64,000 nucleotides of DNA from assembly GCF_009914755.1 (NCBI RefSeq), contig NC_060926.1, one strand, 5' to 3'. Every line of letters begins with the position of its first letter. Within the stretch, counting starts at the first letter, position 1. The notes under the pieces were generated by a model. The model saw only the letters and a program-made list of their open reading frames with translations, was not told the DNA's origin and did not search any database. The position numbers and the translations under genes were made by a program. This DNA is from the human T2T-CHM13v2.0 reference genome, Homo sapiens. Positions 1-13,935 of this stretch are shown here, piece after piece.

Positions 1-258
1 TAGAATAATAGCAGTATTTTTGGTAAGATTCGTGTGGCTATGCCCCTATTTCCCCAATGTATCTAAAATGAAATGTAAAGTAAGTGATAAAATTACAAAC
101 TCTTGTCAGTGGGACCTCACCTGTTTTCTTATTCACATTTTACTGTATTCGTTGTGACTTGATTCATATGTCTAGTTACTTACAGAACCTTTCATTCTGA
201 TGTTACTGCTTCTTTAATTGGATTTTACATTTCTTTTTTCTTCTGTCCTTCTCTATAG

Positions 259-276
259 ATCTATCAGGTCCAAAAG
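259..276 (+). CDS. LRRFIP1: 18-nt microexon IYQVQK (phase 0)
   Basis: Long pyrimidine tract, ctctatag|ATCTATCAGGTCCAAAAG|gtaggc. Confidence 0.9.
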
Positions 277-2915
277 GTAGGCTCTTCTTTCTTTATTTTC
301 TAACTTGCATGTACTGTTTTTTCCTTGCCAAGGGCCTGGTCACCTTTCAGAAATAACACCTTGCACTGAAGATACATAGAAGTTCTTACTGTTTATTTTA
401 CTACTTTGTGTATGAATTTGTTTGAACAAGAATGCCTAGATCCTCATCTTGCCCCACTCAAAGCAACAGTCAGACACATTTCTGTGTACTGAATGCTTTT
501 GTCATCTGCATTTTCCTCAAGAAATGTAAAAATTGTTTCTTTGAGAAGAAAAGTAATTCTAAGGCAAAATTATATTTCAGAATGTGGATAGCCTTCTGAA
601 ATTATGTATGGAAAGAAAAAGATGATTTTATTAGAAAACTTAAAAAATTCCATACAAATTACCACACATTGAGAGATTATTAGATATTGAGTTAAAAATC
701 TGAGTAAAAGGACAGTGATGATATAAAATGAACCTGCCATTCATCCCTAATGCTCAGAGATCATAAAATGACGTGCCTCTCTGTTTCCTAGTATTTTGTA
801 GAAGCAGCTGAGGTTTAGAAGTAAATACACTGGGCAGGCCAGATACAGAAAATAAAGACAAGCAAGTCAGTGATTCAAGATCTAGCAAAAATGAAGTCAG
901 AAGTGAGCGAGTTCCTTGAGAATTTATAGAATTTGTATACACGGGAGTCTTTCCCATAAATGAATTTAGTTTGATACTTAAAACATCTGTGATAGTTTCC
1001 TTTTATAAATTTAGTTTCTAGACAACAACTGTATTTTTCTCTTAGAGCAGATGAGAAAATCAGAATAAGATCACTTAATTTCGGAGGTTAGAGCACACAG
1101 GCCTCGGAATGCACGGGCAGTAAATTTAAGAGCCTGTTGTGTTGGATTCCTGTGCTGGCCATGATGACGAATCGCCTTCCCTGCTGGAGCCCTGCACTCT
1201 GCATAGCTGCTGTCCCGAAGAGTGCAAAGAAATTTGTTAAGTAGATGCCAGAATCTCTTGTGCTTGACTAGTGTTTCCAGGGCCCAAGTGTAGAAATGGA
1301 TATTGCAGCTGGAGTTCCTGGTCGTCCTCAGAGAGCCTCGGGAAGAACTGGACAGGTGCAAGGCCAGGCGGGGAGCCCTCCCTGTAACTGACAGCAGGAC
1401 GCTCTCATCCAAAACCTGGAAGAGGGGCTCTATCTGGTCGTTTCCACTTGCATTCATGCCTTTCTTGTGCTAGGTCACATTATTTTCTTTTTACTAACGT
1501 GCCAGGGATACATTGTGAGAACTTTGTCAGAATGTGAATTTGTGTAGAATGTGAAGCTAGAAGGAGCCCCGGAAACCTGCAGTGGAGGAGCAGAGGCACA
1601 GTTTTGTAGTAAAGGTGTGCCCAGGGAAGGGAAGGCTTTCCTCATTGCTGAGATGTCTGGGGAGGAGAGGAGGCGGCGATTGCGCCTCCGGCCCAGCCAG
1701 CTGCTTTGCGGAACAGTTTCTCTGGAATCAAAGCTATTTCTGAAAGTAGCGCGGCTCCTGCTTCCCTCCGCATGGCTTCCGGATCATGGTAGTGATTGAC
1801 GTTTGAAATGTTTGCCCTTCCTGGACTTTGCTGTGCTAGTGCTGCTGGCTAACCCAGGAACTACTAGTTAATTGCACTTGCTGTTACTAGGGGCGTTCTC
1901 TCCCCAGGAATGACATGGAAATGCAGTTACAGTAGCCACTTATAAGACCACCCATGAACGAGGTGAAAGATTTTCAGAACTGGTCCTTTGTCATGAAAAG
2001 AGCAAGTTAGAGTGTGCAGATATAATGGGCAAAAAGAAATCTATGAAAACAGAAAAACTGACAGTACAGATTCTTTTGGAATTTAAATAATTTTATTGTG
2101 AATTTATATAGCCCCCATCCTTCTAAAAACATATTTTGCTTCCCTCTTTCTAGTTAAGCCAAAAAATAAGGGAGGAGTGATGGCATCATATTTTACTTGT
2201 GAAAAATCTGGAACTTGGCAGGTGCTAACATTAATTGAATGCAAAATAGCTTTAAGCTGATGCATTTCCCTGACATTGAAGTTAAAACATGACTTTGGGA
2301 TGTTTGTTTTTATTTCCTTTCTGAATTTATATTCCAAGGGAATAACCTACAGAAAAAGATATGGCTCATGTCCTTTTTGTCTTTTTTGTCCTTTTTGTAC
2401 TCATGTCCTTTTTGTATTATTGAATTTTTAAAAGTATTGTTAAATTCTCCCTCCTAATTTCTGCTCTTCCAATTTTCTACTTACTGTCACCTCTAAGAGA
2501 AAGAGATAAGACCGTCTGAAAACTGCTTATTTTTAAATCTGGCCGCCCTTCGAAATGAAACAAAACCAAACATAGCAACAGCATGTTTTTGGTTATTGTA
2601 AAACAATTTCAAAAATGGTCTTGTATTTCTAGCACCTGATTTTTTCTCTTGATTATAAGATTTTAATGTATGAAGAGAAAACTCACATCTGTGTTATAAT
2701 GATACGGAAGTTTGCTTAGTTGTTTCTTGATTTTCTTACTGGAAATTAAATAAAAAGGAGAGAAGCAAAACCCCATTATTTGGGCCCATGACCTGGCTTC
2801 CCACCTACCTTTGGGATTCCCTGATTGAGTGGCAGCAGTAGCCGTTCTGAATCTGCTTTTCTCATTTTAACTTGGACCACTGAACAGGATAAAAACATGG
2901 AAGTATAAGCTAAAG

Positions 2916-3122
2916 CAAGCTTGTCCAACCTGCGGGCCACATGCAGCCCAGAATGGCTATGAATGCAGCTGAACACAAATCGTAAACTCTTTTAAAACAT
3001 TATGAAATTTTTTTTGCAATTTTTTTTTTTTAGCTTATCAGCTATCGTTAGTGTAGTTTATGTGTGGCCCAAGACACTTCTTCCAGTGTGGTCCAAGGAA
3101 GCCAAAAGATTGGACACCCCTG
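2916..3122. mobile_element. MER30-like hAT-Charlie non-autonomous DNA transposon
   Basis: Ends caagcttgtccaa...ttggacacccctg; 8-bp target-site duplication agctaaag/agctaatg. Confidence 0.8.
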
Positions 3123-3761
3123 AGCTAATGTCACCTCCAGACATACATAACTTGTGGGTCTGCATATTTTTCTTCTGTACAAAGACCTCTTCTGTAGGTG
3201 GCAGTCATCTCTCCATCCCTGCTACAAAGACAGCAAAGTCTATGAATTCTCACAGGCCTAGACTCAGCATAGACATCAGGCAGCTAGAACAAGCGTCAGC
3301 ACGCAGTTTCTCCCCTTCTCCTCTCAGTTTCCCTGAGGTCCCAACACCGGAATGGCTCTGAGCTTCTGCTTCTCTTCGATGGTGTTTTATTCCTTCATCG
3401 CGTTTGCTTTGAAGGCATGAGCAGCCTGTTGGAGGGGGCGTGAAGGCTGCTGGGCCGGCTTTACTGTCCTGCTCTCCCCCGAGGCCCTTCACCTGGGGAA
3501 GCTTCGTCCTGGGCTCTCTTGCTTTGCCGGGATGGGGTGGGCTGGGAGGATCTCTCTTCACAGCTCACAGCCTGCATGACTGCACGGGTGGCGGTCCCTG
3601 TGGAGAAGCCAGGCCTGGTGCCGACTGCTTTGCCTTGGCGTGTTACCTTCACCACACGGCTGGATGGCGGTTTGGAAATGCATGTCAGAACAGTGCCTTA
3701 GACAACTGCCTTTTTAAGAAATTTCACTTCTTGCCTAATTTTCTTTCCCTTCTGTCTATAG

Positions 3762-3809
3762 AAATATTATGGGCTGGATACAAAATGGGGTGACATCGAG
3801 CAGTGGATG
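3762..3809 (+). CDS. LRRFIP1: 48-nt exon KYYGLDTKWGDIEQWM
   Basis: tctgtctatag|AAATAT...TGGATG|gtaggc; in frame. Confidence 0.93.
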
Positions 3810-5522
3810 GTAGGCCTTGAATATAATTTTGTTTTTACTCTTCCCTCCCCACTTGAATACAGTGTTGAGACTTAAATGGTTTATAATGTAATTCTTACGC
3901 AGTTTAACTATGTAGATAGATTCCTATTGCACCATAATTTAATACTGAGAGATTTTCTTCCGGGGATTTCTGCATCTGGTCTCTGTTTACATCCCCAAAC
4001 GCAGCCTGCTTAGAAACAGTACTGGTCTTGCCTGTTTGGTAGCCACTGACTGCTGATGTCTCCTGGCCAGCAGTTTGGGGAGGTCTCCACTACCACAGCC
4101 GCCCTGATCTCCTCGAGCACAGGGCTCTCCACCAGGACTCGGGCTGGGCATGCGCCCCTGGCTTGAGAACTTTCCAGAGAACATTCCCATTGGCTTCGCA
4201 GCTCACCAGGCTGTGGTTGGAACCTGAGAGGTACATTATGCTCCATTTCCTTCACTCATGATTACGACCAGCTGCCCCATCGCCCTCATTTAGACTTTAT
4301 CTGCATTTGCTGTTGGGTTCTCTCTTCATCTTGTCCGCTGTGCCTGCCGAAACCACTGGTCTTTGGTAAGAAAACTCCTTTACCTTCTCCACCTGCTTCC
4401 TAGAACAGCCCCTCTGCCTTCCTGTGGATGGAGAGCTAGCCTGCCCCTGATGATACTCCTGTCCTTCTGGCTTTCTCAGGAAGCAGCGGCACCCACATAG
4501 GGAGGCTGCGGAAGGGGCACAATCTGTGTGCTTTCCACTGGTCCCGAGAGAGAGTGGCCTGGCCCTTCTCGTTAGTTCCTCTACCCGAGTCCTTCTACCT
4601 CTTCCTGTCCCTTTTGCTTTATTGCCTGGCCTCGTGGACTTCATCACATGCTTTTAGCATTTGAGAACCTGGCCAGGATGGAAATGTCCTATTAAATGTT
4701 CCTTATACATAAAATGATCTGAGGAAAATCCAAAATTATTTCCTAACATCTTACGTACTGGGTATAAAAGAGGTTCGCTCTTCAGATATACAGAGCACAC
4801 ACTTACTGTATTGAAAATATGATTACATTCAGCCTAGGCAAACCATCATTTTAGGCTTACATGACATAAATGTATTTTTGTTAAATCTTAAGACATTTCT
4901 GTCCACAGGCATGGTGATATAAGAAAGAGAAAAAAAGAAAAGAAATATTTAAAAAATCTTTACACATTCTTTGAAGTTGTATCATTGTTTTATATACCAC
5001 TGAGAAAGAAAAAATGCTAATTATAACTGAGCAACTTGGATTATAAGATACATCCCCAGCTTCAGAGATGTCCAAGTGTGAAAAACCGTGTGTGTCTTAG
5101 AATCCACAATACATAGTAGAAAGAGTGACATCCTTTTCGGATATTGTGTGGAAATGATTTATCTTCTGATTCCCGAAGAGAGTGAGGTTCTGAAAGTAAG
5201 GGGAAAAGTAGATTGATTTAAATGGATCAGATGATAGAGGTTAGAAAAAAATTAAGACCCAGCTTCTGCCCCAAACACTGTTTTTACAACAAAAATGAAG
5301 TATGCAAATTATTTTTGTGCTTAAGAACCTCCCACCCCAGAAAAAAACATTTTTACCCACTGGTTTAATTAAAGCCTTTAAATGAAGGCAAAGAAAATAT
5401 TTATGTGACATTTAGATCAGAACTGCTGTATTATGGTGCAGTGGGACTACCTAAGCTTTTTTAAAGCACTTTTCCTGTGTCCATCTGTCTCTAACCTTTT
5501 CATGCTGTTTCTTCATTGTTAG

Positions 5523-5567
5523 GAAGACAGTGAGCGCTACTCTCGTAGATCCAGAAGAAACACATCG
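5523..5567 (+). CDS. LRRFIP1: 45-nt exon EDSERYSRRSRRNTS
   Basis: cattgttag|GAAGAC...ACATCG|gttagt. Confidence 0.95.
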
Positions 5568-5940
5568 GTTAGTACCGTGTTCATTCATTACTTGGGCAAT
5601 TTGATTGAATTCTAATTTATGCTTGCAGTGGCTGAAGTATATATAATATATTCAATCTCTTAATGATGATATCATCTCTTAAAGAAATTAACTAATACTA
5701 TTAATGATAGAATACTGATATTATTACCTAAATAAAGACTATGAACTTAGCTTTTAGCATTTTGACCTAAATTTGATAAGGAGAGTGTGTTTGAGAAATT
5801 TTTCAGTATTAATATATTCATGACAGCTGTAGTGCTTTTTGTGCCATTGAATACCCATAAATAATTTGCATAGTAATATACACCAATGCTGTGTATTTAT
5901 ATTACCCGTGAGATAAAGAATACTACTTGGATGAAATTAC

Positions 5941-6247
<307 letters not shown>

Positions 6248-6256
6248 TGAAATTAC

Positions 6257-6547
6257 TTTTTTTTTGAGATGGTGTCTTGCTCTATTGCCCAGGCTGGAGT
6301 GTAGTGGTGCAGTCTTGGCTCACTGCAATGTCTGCCTCGTGGGTCCAAGTGATTCTCATGCCTCAGCCTCCTGAGTACCTGGGATTACAGGCACGTGCCA
6401 TGACACCCGGCTAATTTTTGTATTTTTTGTAGAGACAGAGTGTTTCGCCTTGTTGGCCAGGCTGGTCTCAAACTCCTGACCTCAAGTGATCTGCCTGCCT
6501 CGGCCTCCCAAAATGCTGGGATTACAGGCATGACACCACACCTGGCC
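6257..6547 (-). mobile_element. Alu (S-type), in tandem with the previous one
   Basis: Antisense Alu consensus. Confidence 0.95.
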
Positions 6548-6771
6548 CTGAAATTACTTTAAATCCATATTGCCCATAAGCAGACAGAGATCCACAAAGC
6601 CCATGCTGTGGAGGACCTAGACTGGTGTCCCCTGAGATGTCCAGGGGTGGCTGGCCCCCTCACTGCTGTGGGTTGGGGTCAGTTCCCAGCATCCCCCTGA
6701 AACTTGGGCACTGGTTCTTCATGTATGTTGTATGATTCCTTCACGGTTGTTCTCGTCCTTTCTTTTAATAG

Positions 6772-6822
6772 GCTTCTGATGAAGACGAGCGCATGTCAGT
6801 GGGTAGTCGTGGAAGCCTGAGG
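6772..6822 (+). CDS. LRRFIP1: 51-nt exon ASDEDERMSVGSRGSLR
   Basis: ttttaatag|GCTTCT...CTGAGG|gtcagt. Confidence 0.95.
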
Positions 6823-9547
6823 GTCAGTAACCAGAATGATGGAGTTTGCATGGCACAGTTTCTGGTCCAAGCCCTTTACTTTCTCATCCCCGCATTCTGA
6901 TTTCTTCTTCATTATCCCCGTGGTCTGATAGTCAATATTTAACCGATGAGATGCTTACTTAAAATCAAATCAATGGGGGATGTTTCTTTGTTGCTGTAGA
7001 GAGATGATTTATATGCATAGGCACGTTGGTTGTTTCTTTCTCCCGAGATGAAGTCATCTTTTTTTCAATACTTATCCACATCACAAAGCTCCCAAGCCTT
7101 GATTAGCACAGTTGTCTCAGCACATTGGTGTTCCACAGGAATGCAAAGGCGCGTCTGCCCTTTAGTAAGTCTGTATCCACTGACACCCATGCTCCTGGTA
7201 AAATCGGAACCTCTATTAAAGTAGCTGTAAGTTAATTATTATTGAGCAATGTTTTGGCATAGCCACTATAGACTGCCTGCTGAAAACCTGGACCAGGACT
7301 GGATCCGTAAGGTCTGCCTTCAGCCGCTTTTCCTTGTATCAGTTATAATTAGATCTCTTTACCACTGATAGGCTTAATGGTTAATCAACACAAATATGGA
7401 CTTTTCCTTAAACATTCCAGAAACCTTAATAATTATACTTGAAAAAAGTGTGAGTTTGGGGGGAAGTAAAATAGAAAAACTATGTTTTGCTCAGTGCTTT
7501 AAATCAGTGAATTAACCTGAGCATGTCAGTTTCTTTTACTGCAGGATTGAAATTACATCTCACCGCTAGTAATAAATAAATCTCAAAGCAGCTACTCGCT
7601 TTATTAATCCTTAGGGACCACATAGAGCTGAAGGCTTGTTTCTCTTCACTGTGGCAATTAAATCCTATTACTCCTTGACTTCTTATACATGCACTGAGTG
7701 TGCATGTAATTTGGCCCTTCCCAATGATAAAATGCAGAGGTGAAACACGGTTGCTGTGCTGTGAAGCCACTCTGTCCTTGTCAGTGTCCTTGCAGTGCCA
7801 AAAGCAGATCCGTAGTGATTTTGCCAAAAAACTGTGGTTCAAATGTGAGGCCCCGTGAGGGCTTCCTTGCTGTTTGAAACCTTCTCCTGAGATGTAGCCT
7901 CAGGGATGCTGTTGTAACCGTTACCTCGGGACCGTCTGACCCCACTCACCCCAGAAGAGGGAAGATTTATGGATCCAAAATAGAATAAATGCAAAGCTCA
8001 ATTGACAAAGTCTGTAGACAAGGCCCAGACATCACAGCTGTTGAGCAGGCCCAGGAGAAGCTTGAGTCCTTGAAACCAGTGAAGAAAATGCTGTTTCAGG
8101 GATGAGGGGGAGCGACCGAGAGAGGAGGAAACTCAGACTTAGCGGTATAGAGGATGTCAGTCACTTTGGCAGGAGAACTTTTAACGGAAATATTGAGGGC
8201 AAAACCTGGTTAATATGGGTTCAAGAGAGAATAGGAGGAGAGAGGCACAGAATCCCAAACTGTCTCTCTCAAAATGCATCATTTTCAGAGCCACACCCTC
8301 CTGAAATTGTAGGCACAATTTCAGATGTAAGATGTGTGCACTTACATTTTCCTGGGAAAAGAATGTTCAGTTTCTTCAGATTCTCAGAGGGTCTCCTGAC
8401 CCTGAAGAGTTGAAAACCATTGCAATATGAACGAGTATTACGGTGTTATGTAACAGCATTCATTTCATTTTCAATGATTTTTAACCAGAAATAAGTTGCA
8501 TCTTTCTGCTGGACACCACTCTTTGCCGAGATATCAAGTATATTTGTTTTAAGAGCTGAAATTTCCTATAGGATGTTCACCATTAGGACAGTACATAAGA
8601 TGGGGAGGAAGTGGATGGGATTTTCATTTTCAGCCACATGACACTTTCCCATCAGGTACTTGATCTGAAGAAATATATTCCTCAGAACTTAAGAACTTGG
8701 ATCCTGGAGATGAGAGTCAAACCTCCTAATGTTTATAGGCACCAAACAAGCCCAGAGTGGTGAAGAGGCCTGCGTGGGGTCACAGTTCTTAGGAACAAGG
8801 CCAGTGCCTGCTGCTCAGGGCCCTGGTGGGCTGTGTGTCCTCCGTGCGCTGGGTTCCCTGGGCTCTATGCTTGCCCCTTTGTACCACCGAACAGGGCACT
8901 CCCCAGAGTGAGGACTGGCATCTCGCTCTATTTCTATGCGGGGCCAGTTTCTACTGTTTTTATGTATTTTAATATTATGAACTTTTTACATTTTTGATTG
9001 TAAGATCGTATCTTTTATTTATTGACTCTGAAAACACAGGCCTTCTTCATTTAGCTAGAAAAAATGATAAACCCTAAAAAAGGTGGGGAGGTGATTTATA
9101 CTACTCTGGAATTTGTATGGATGCCTCCTCAGAAAGTCTAGATTTTGGATTTTCTAGAATTTCTCGAGTTTAGATTTTCTGGAAAATCTAGATTTTTAAT
9201 TTTCCTTTTTGAAAATTGATGACAGTGCATCTGTTAACCTTTGCCCTTTTGTAACTAAAATGGATTATGTAGAAGAGGAAATAAGATTTATCAAACTGTT
9301 TCAGACTTTGTGAATTATAGCAGCCTTTGCCATGGAAGTTTATTGAATGCTACTGGATTCTGTGGTAGCTACCATTCTGACATAATTCTTTTTGTAAATA
9401 CATATTAGATCCTAGAAATTATGGAAAAATGCATTTTTGTTAAGATTTTAAAGATTGCTTGTATTTATGTTTTACTTAGCTTTTAAATTTACTTTTGGCA
9501 ACTCTCTTTGCTGTTGTTTTTTTTTTCTGCCATCTTTCTTCTGACAG

Positions 9548-9586
9548 TCGCAGCCTGACTTGGAGTATGGGGGTCCTTACGCCTGG
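9548..9586 (+). CDS. LRRFIP1: 39-nt cassette exon SQPDLEYGGPYAW
   Basis: Strong pyrimidine tract, ttctgacag|TCGCAG...GCCTGG|gtgaga; phase 0, no stop. Confidence 0.85.
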
Positions 9587-12529
9587 GTGAGATGGTCGGA
9601 TATACTTTGCTGTGTGACCTTAACTGTGTGGTGTGACCATAATAACCTGTGGTATTTCCACGAATCTCATGGGTGCTTTGTCTCCAGTTTTTGCCTGGGG
9701 GGCTATGAGGCCAGGAGGGCAGGCTTACCCTGCAGAGTGAGCAGTCTTCCTCCTGGGGCCTCCAGGGTGCAGCCCTGATCCTGCCGGAGGGGAGGAGCCC
9801 AGGCATCTGTGCATGAACACTCCCTCACCAGATGGCCTTTGAGCACCAGCTGTTTGCCACGCCTTGTGTTAGCAGCTGTGCATACCAAGATGAAAAAGAT
9901 AGTGTCTGCCTTCAAGGAACTCAAATCAGATCAAGAATTCCCAAGGCCTCTACATTTGCTTTAAAAGATTAAATGTAAAGCCATTTTACCTAATGAAAAA
10001 TCCATTATTTTCCAGTCTATATCCATTCAAATTAAATGTACAATCTGACTTTTTTTTTTTTTTTTGCCAGAAAGTATTCTTTGAGAAAACTCCTAACTTC
10101 CAGTAACAAAAACTAAGGCTTTAGACATAAACTCAGAATTACTTCTTATATGTCTCTGACAGTTTCTGTGCCTTATGCTTTCTAAAAGTCTGTCAGTGTT
10201 ATACTTCAAGGAAGAAAAAGTTCTCAGAAAGCACAGCTCAGCATTAAAGTGATTCGATACTGAAGTTATTGTAGCATATTATGTACTATTTCACCTGAAG
10301 GACTTTACCTAAAAGCAGTTTGTGCTTCATTTGCTCCAGTGCATTTCAAAATTATTTAGTAAATTCTTGTTTTAAAAATGTATTTTTGTGTTTGCAATTA
10401 TAGTGAATCAATAGTAGCATACATCTGCATAGCATATTTGGTGCCCTGAGCCTCCTGTGGGACGGCTGTTCTGCTCTTAACAGATACAAGAGCAGAGGCT
10501 GGAGTGAGTAGCTCGGGAGTCAGGACAGGGGAAAGCACAAAGACAGGGCGTTAGATTCAGAAAGCGCTCTTCACAGAGTATCTGTTACTTACCTACAGAG
10601 CACTGCAAGTCGCTCTGGCAGGTGAGGGCATTTCTGTGACACTGTAACTCCAGCAACTCTCCTGTTCTTTAAGGAATTCAATGTGTTAGCAACATATTTC
10701 TAGATTATTACTCTTTTTATGTTAAATTCAAAGTAAATTTTGTTTAAGAGCTAGCCCCCAGTGGGATAAATGTATATGTTAGCAATGGTCAGGAACACAT
10801 TTTGGATTTTTTTTTTCGGTCTTAATTCTTTTTTAAAATTCAATAGAATGCATCAGGGATCGAACTCCAGAGTTTTGACGTCACCTTCCTTGTTTCCTTT
10901 TCCATCTCTAATGCCCTTTACATGTGCTCTGTCTTTTGACTCATGTAGAAAAGACATCTAACATTATTCATCCAAAAAGTTGGCAGTGGACTTTTGCGTG
11001 GTCCCATGGGAAGGTCACAGACGCTTTGATAACACTGCGTGGTAGCCATTAGCATTCGGACTAGTCACAAGTTACCGTTTTCATAGGGCATTTACCCTTG
11101 TATCTTATTTATCCTGTATTAGAACATACTAACTTATGTGTGTCCTCTTTATTTTATTCTCTCTTATGGCAGTGTTTCTGGAGAGCTTGTTAGAGTGCCT
11201 GTTCCTGAGCCCTTTCTGTAGGTATCCTGATTCCCTAGGCAGTGGCCCATGCTTGTGGGAAGCATGCCAGGTGTCCAGGAAGCAGGTGTGAGACCCAGCC
11301 TGGGAGCATGGAACCAGCAAAGTGAACAAGCCTGTGTACCACTTAAAGCTACACAGTACAATAGAGCGAAGCTTGTTGAACATCAGAGACCCAACTTAAG
11401 ATGAAGTTAATATGCTGCCTATGGACTTTTGTTCTAATATTGTTCAGTTAACTGTCAATGCCCCTTGCCCTCTTATGCCACGTAAAAACAGCCCCACCCA
11501 TCTAAATACAACACAAAAAAACACCATCCAAGAGGAGAAAGTTAGCAGTGTTCTTTAAGAAGGTCAAAGTACTTCTCCCTATGGAGGTATAGTCAACAAG
11601 ATCCTATAGATTTGGGAATACATTCTAGGAACATAGCCCAGGAATAGGTTCCTTATGATAGAATTCCATTACCACAGACCTGGTCATGGAAATTGCTTTG
11701 CAGGCTTTCCTGCAAAGTAACAGTTTTTCCCAGGTTTTCGTAGAAGGCTGTAAGTGGAAAGGTGACAAATGAGAGGATACTGTCATGCTTCCAGCTTGCC
11801 CAGCCTTCTGCTCCGTCGCTGCAGGCTGAGCTGGAGAACTACAGTGCAAAGGACAGGGTTCCGCCACAGAGCTATGTATTTCATAAGCAGCAGTGGAGAG
11901 CCAGAGGCCTTGCTTATGTCATACATTTCTCTTCCTCATTTGTTAGTAAAGTCAAAGTCATCTAAAAGTGATTAACATTAGCCTTCATTATTTTATTAAT
12001 TTCTTCTGGAATCTAGTTTCTGAAGACATAACAAGGGATTGAGATCTAAAATTTGCAAGTCCTTGACATGCATTTTCATGTCAAATAATCTTGTTGCTGA
12101 AGACATGAAAGGAAATTAGTCTGAGTAAAACTCTTGCCAATCTCCAAAGATTTTTACTATTAAATTTATTTCAGAAATGTTTTAATGTTACTCATAGAGT
12201 TCTCAAATTTAATATGGAAGGATTTCTACACTCCTTTTGTTTCAGAACTTCAAATTGATTTCTTGATTTGTTTTGAGTTACAGCAAAGATAAATATATAG
12301 TTTGATAGTCAAAGTTTTATGAATCTGGATTTATAATCTGTCTGGAAATTCAATTTTTTTTTCTACTTTAATGTCATGGCTGCAAAATATGTGCTATACA
12401 GCACCCGTCCCCCGGATAAGGAACCATGTTTAGCACCTCCCATATGCCAGGCCCCTTCCATGTGGATTCATGTATCCACCCAGTCAGCTGGTGATTCATG
12501 AGGGCACTGTTCTAGGTGCTTGAGATACT

Positions 12530-12720
12530 CATTTTCATCTCATTTAATCCTCACGATGGCTTTGTAATGTATTTATTATTATGCACATTTTCACGGCTGA
12601 GAAAACAGATGTTCAAGTGCATTAAATAATTACTTAAGGTCACATGACGGAGCTTCTTTGTGGAATTTGGACTCATGCCCAGGACCTGATGGCGTCTCCT
12701 TCCATTTTTACCAGTTGTGT
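12530..12720 (-). mobile_element. MIR remnant
   Basis: catctcatttaatcctcac...gaaaacagatgttcaag...aaggtcaca MIR core. Confidence 0.6.
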
Positions 12721-13075
12721 AGACTGCTCCTCCTTTTTCTGTCCCGAGAGCTGGTTTTGTCTCTGATGCTTGACAGCTCTATTTTGAATCAGCAGAAATT
12801 TCCTTATAGATGAATTAAGGGACATTTAGAAAGCCCATGCTTTGACTTAAGGGAACCTGGGCTGGGAACTGAGAAGAGAGGGATGATAGGCATGCACTTA
12901 GTAGAATCATTCTCCTTTATTCTGGAGGACACATTATGAAATTATTAAATATGTGTTCAAATTTCATTTTGAAAAATAAAGTAGGAGGGCTGGATGAATA
13001 AAAAACTAGTATAGAGGATATACCCCACGATGAACTTTTGCGTTTAACTATAGATTGACTAGAAATAATTTCTGA

Positions 13076-13468
<393 letters not shown>

Positions 13469-13875
13469 TCAGGCTGAATCACTACCCATCGGCCTGGCAT
13501 GTGGCTTCTTGCAAGCAGAATGTCCACAGAGCCACCATAAAACCAGAAACAGCCTGACAAGGAAATGGCCACACCAAGCCCAAATGTTCCACCCCGTGGA
13601 GGGACTTGGTGCCACTTTAAAACTAAGAGTGGCATGTGACATGAAGCCTACTGACTTGGTTAGCTTGACTGCTGTTCCCTCCTGAGCTGCGGGGGAGCAG
13701 ACGGCGGCAGGGATGCAGTTTGGGAGCTGCCAGGACTTGTACTGTCCTGGACTGGTCATTCATCCGCTCCACAAGAAAGGTCACCTTATACCTGGCTGGT
13801 TGGTCCCTGCTGATTTGTACCTGTGAATTCATTTGTGTACTGATGTCAGTTTTTCTCTTTTCTTCATTGAAACAG

Positions 13876-13935
13876 ACAAATGGTTATGATGGAGAATTGT
13901 ATGGATCACAGTCCCTGAATAGAAGATCTGGCAGG
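13876..13935 (+). CDS. LRRFIP1: 60-nt cassette exon TNGYDGELYGSQSLNRRSGR
   Basis: gaaacag|ACAAAT...GGCAGG|gttagt. Confidence 0.92.

Noticed and set aside
1492-1505. TACTAAC followed by CAG as an acceptor
   Set aside because: The branch A is under 10 nt from the AG, too close for normal splicing; at most a QKI/SF1 motif.
2366-2415. ctcatgtcctttttgt microduplications
   Set aside because: Low-complexity slippage with no sign of function.
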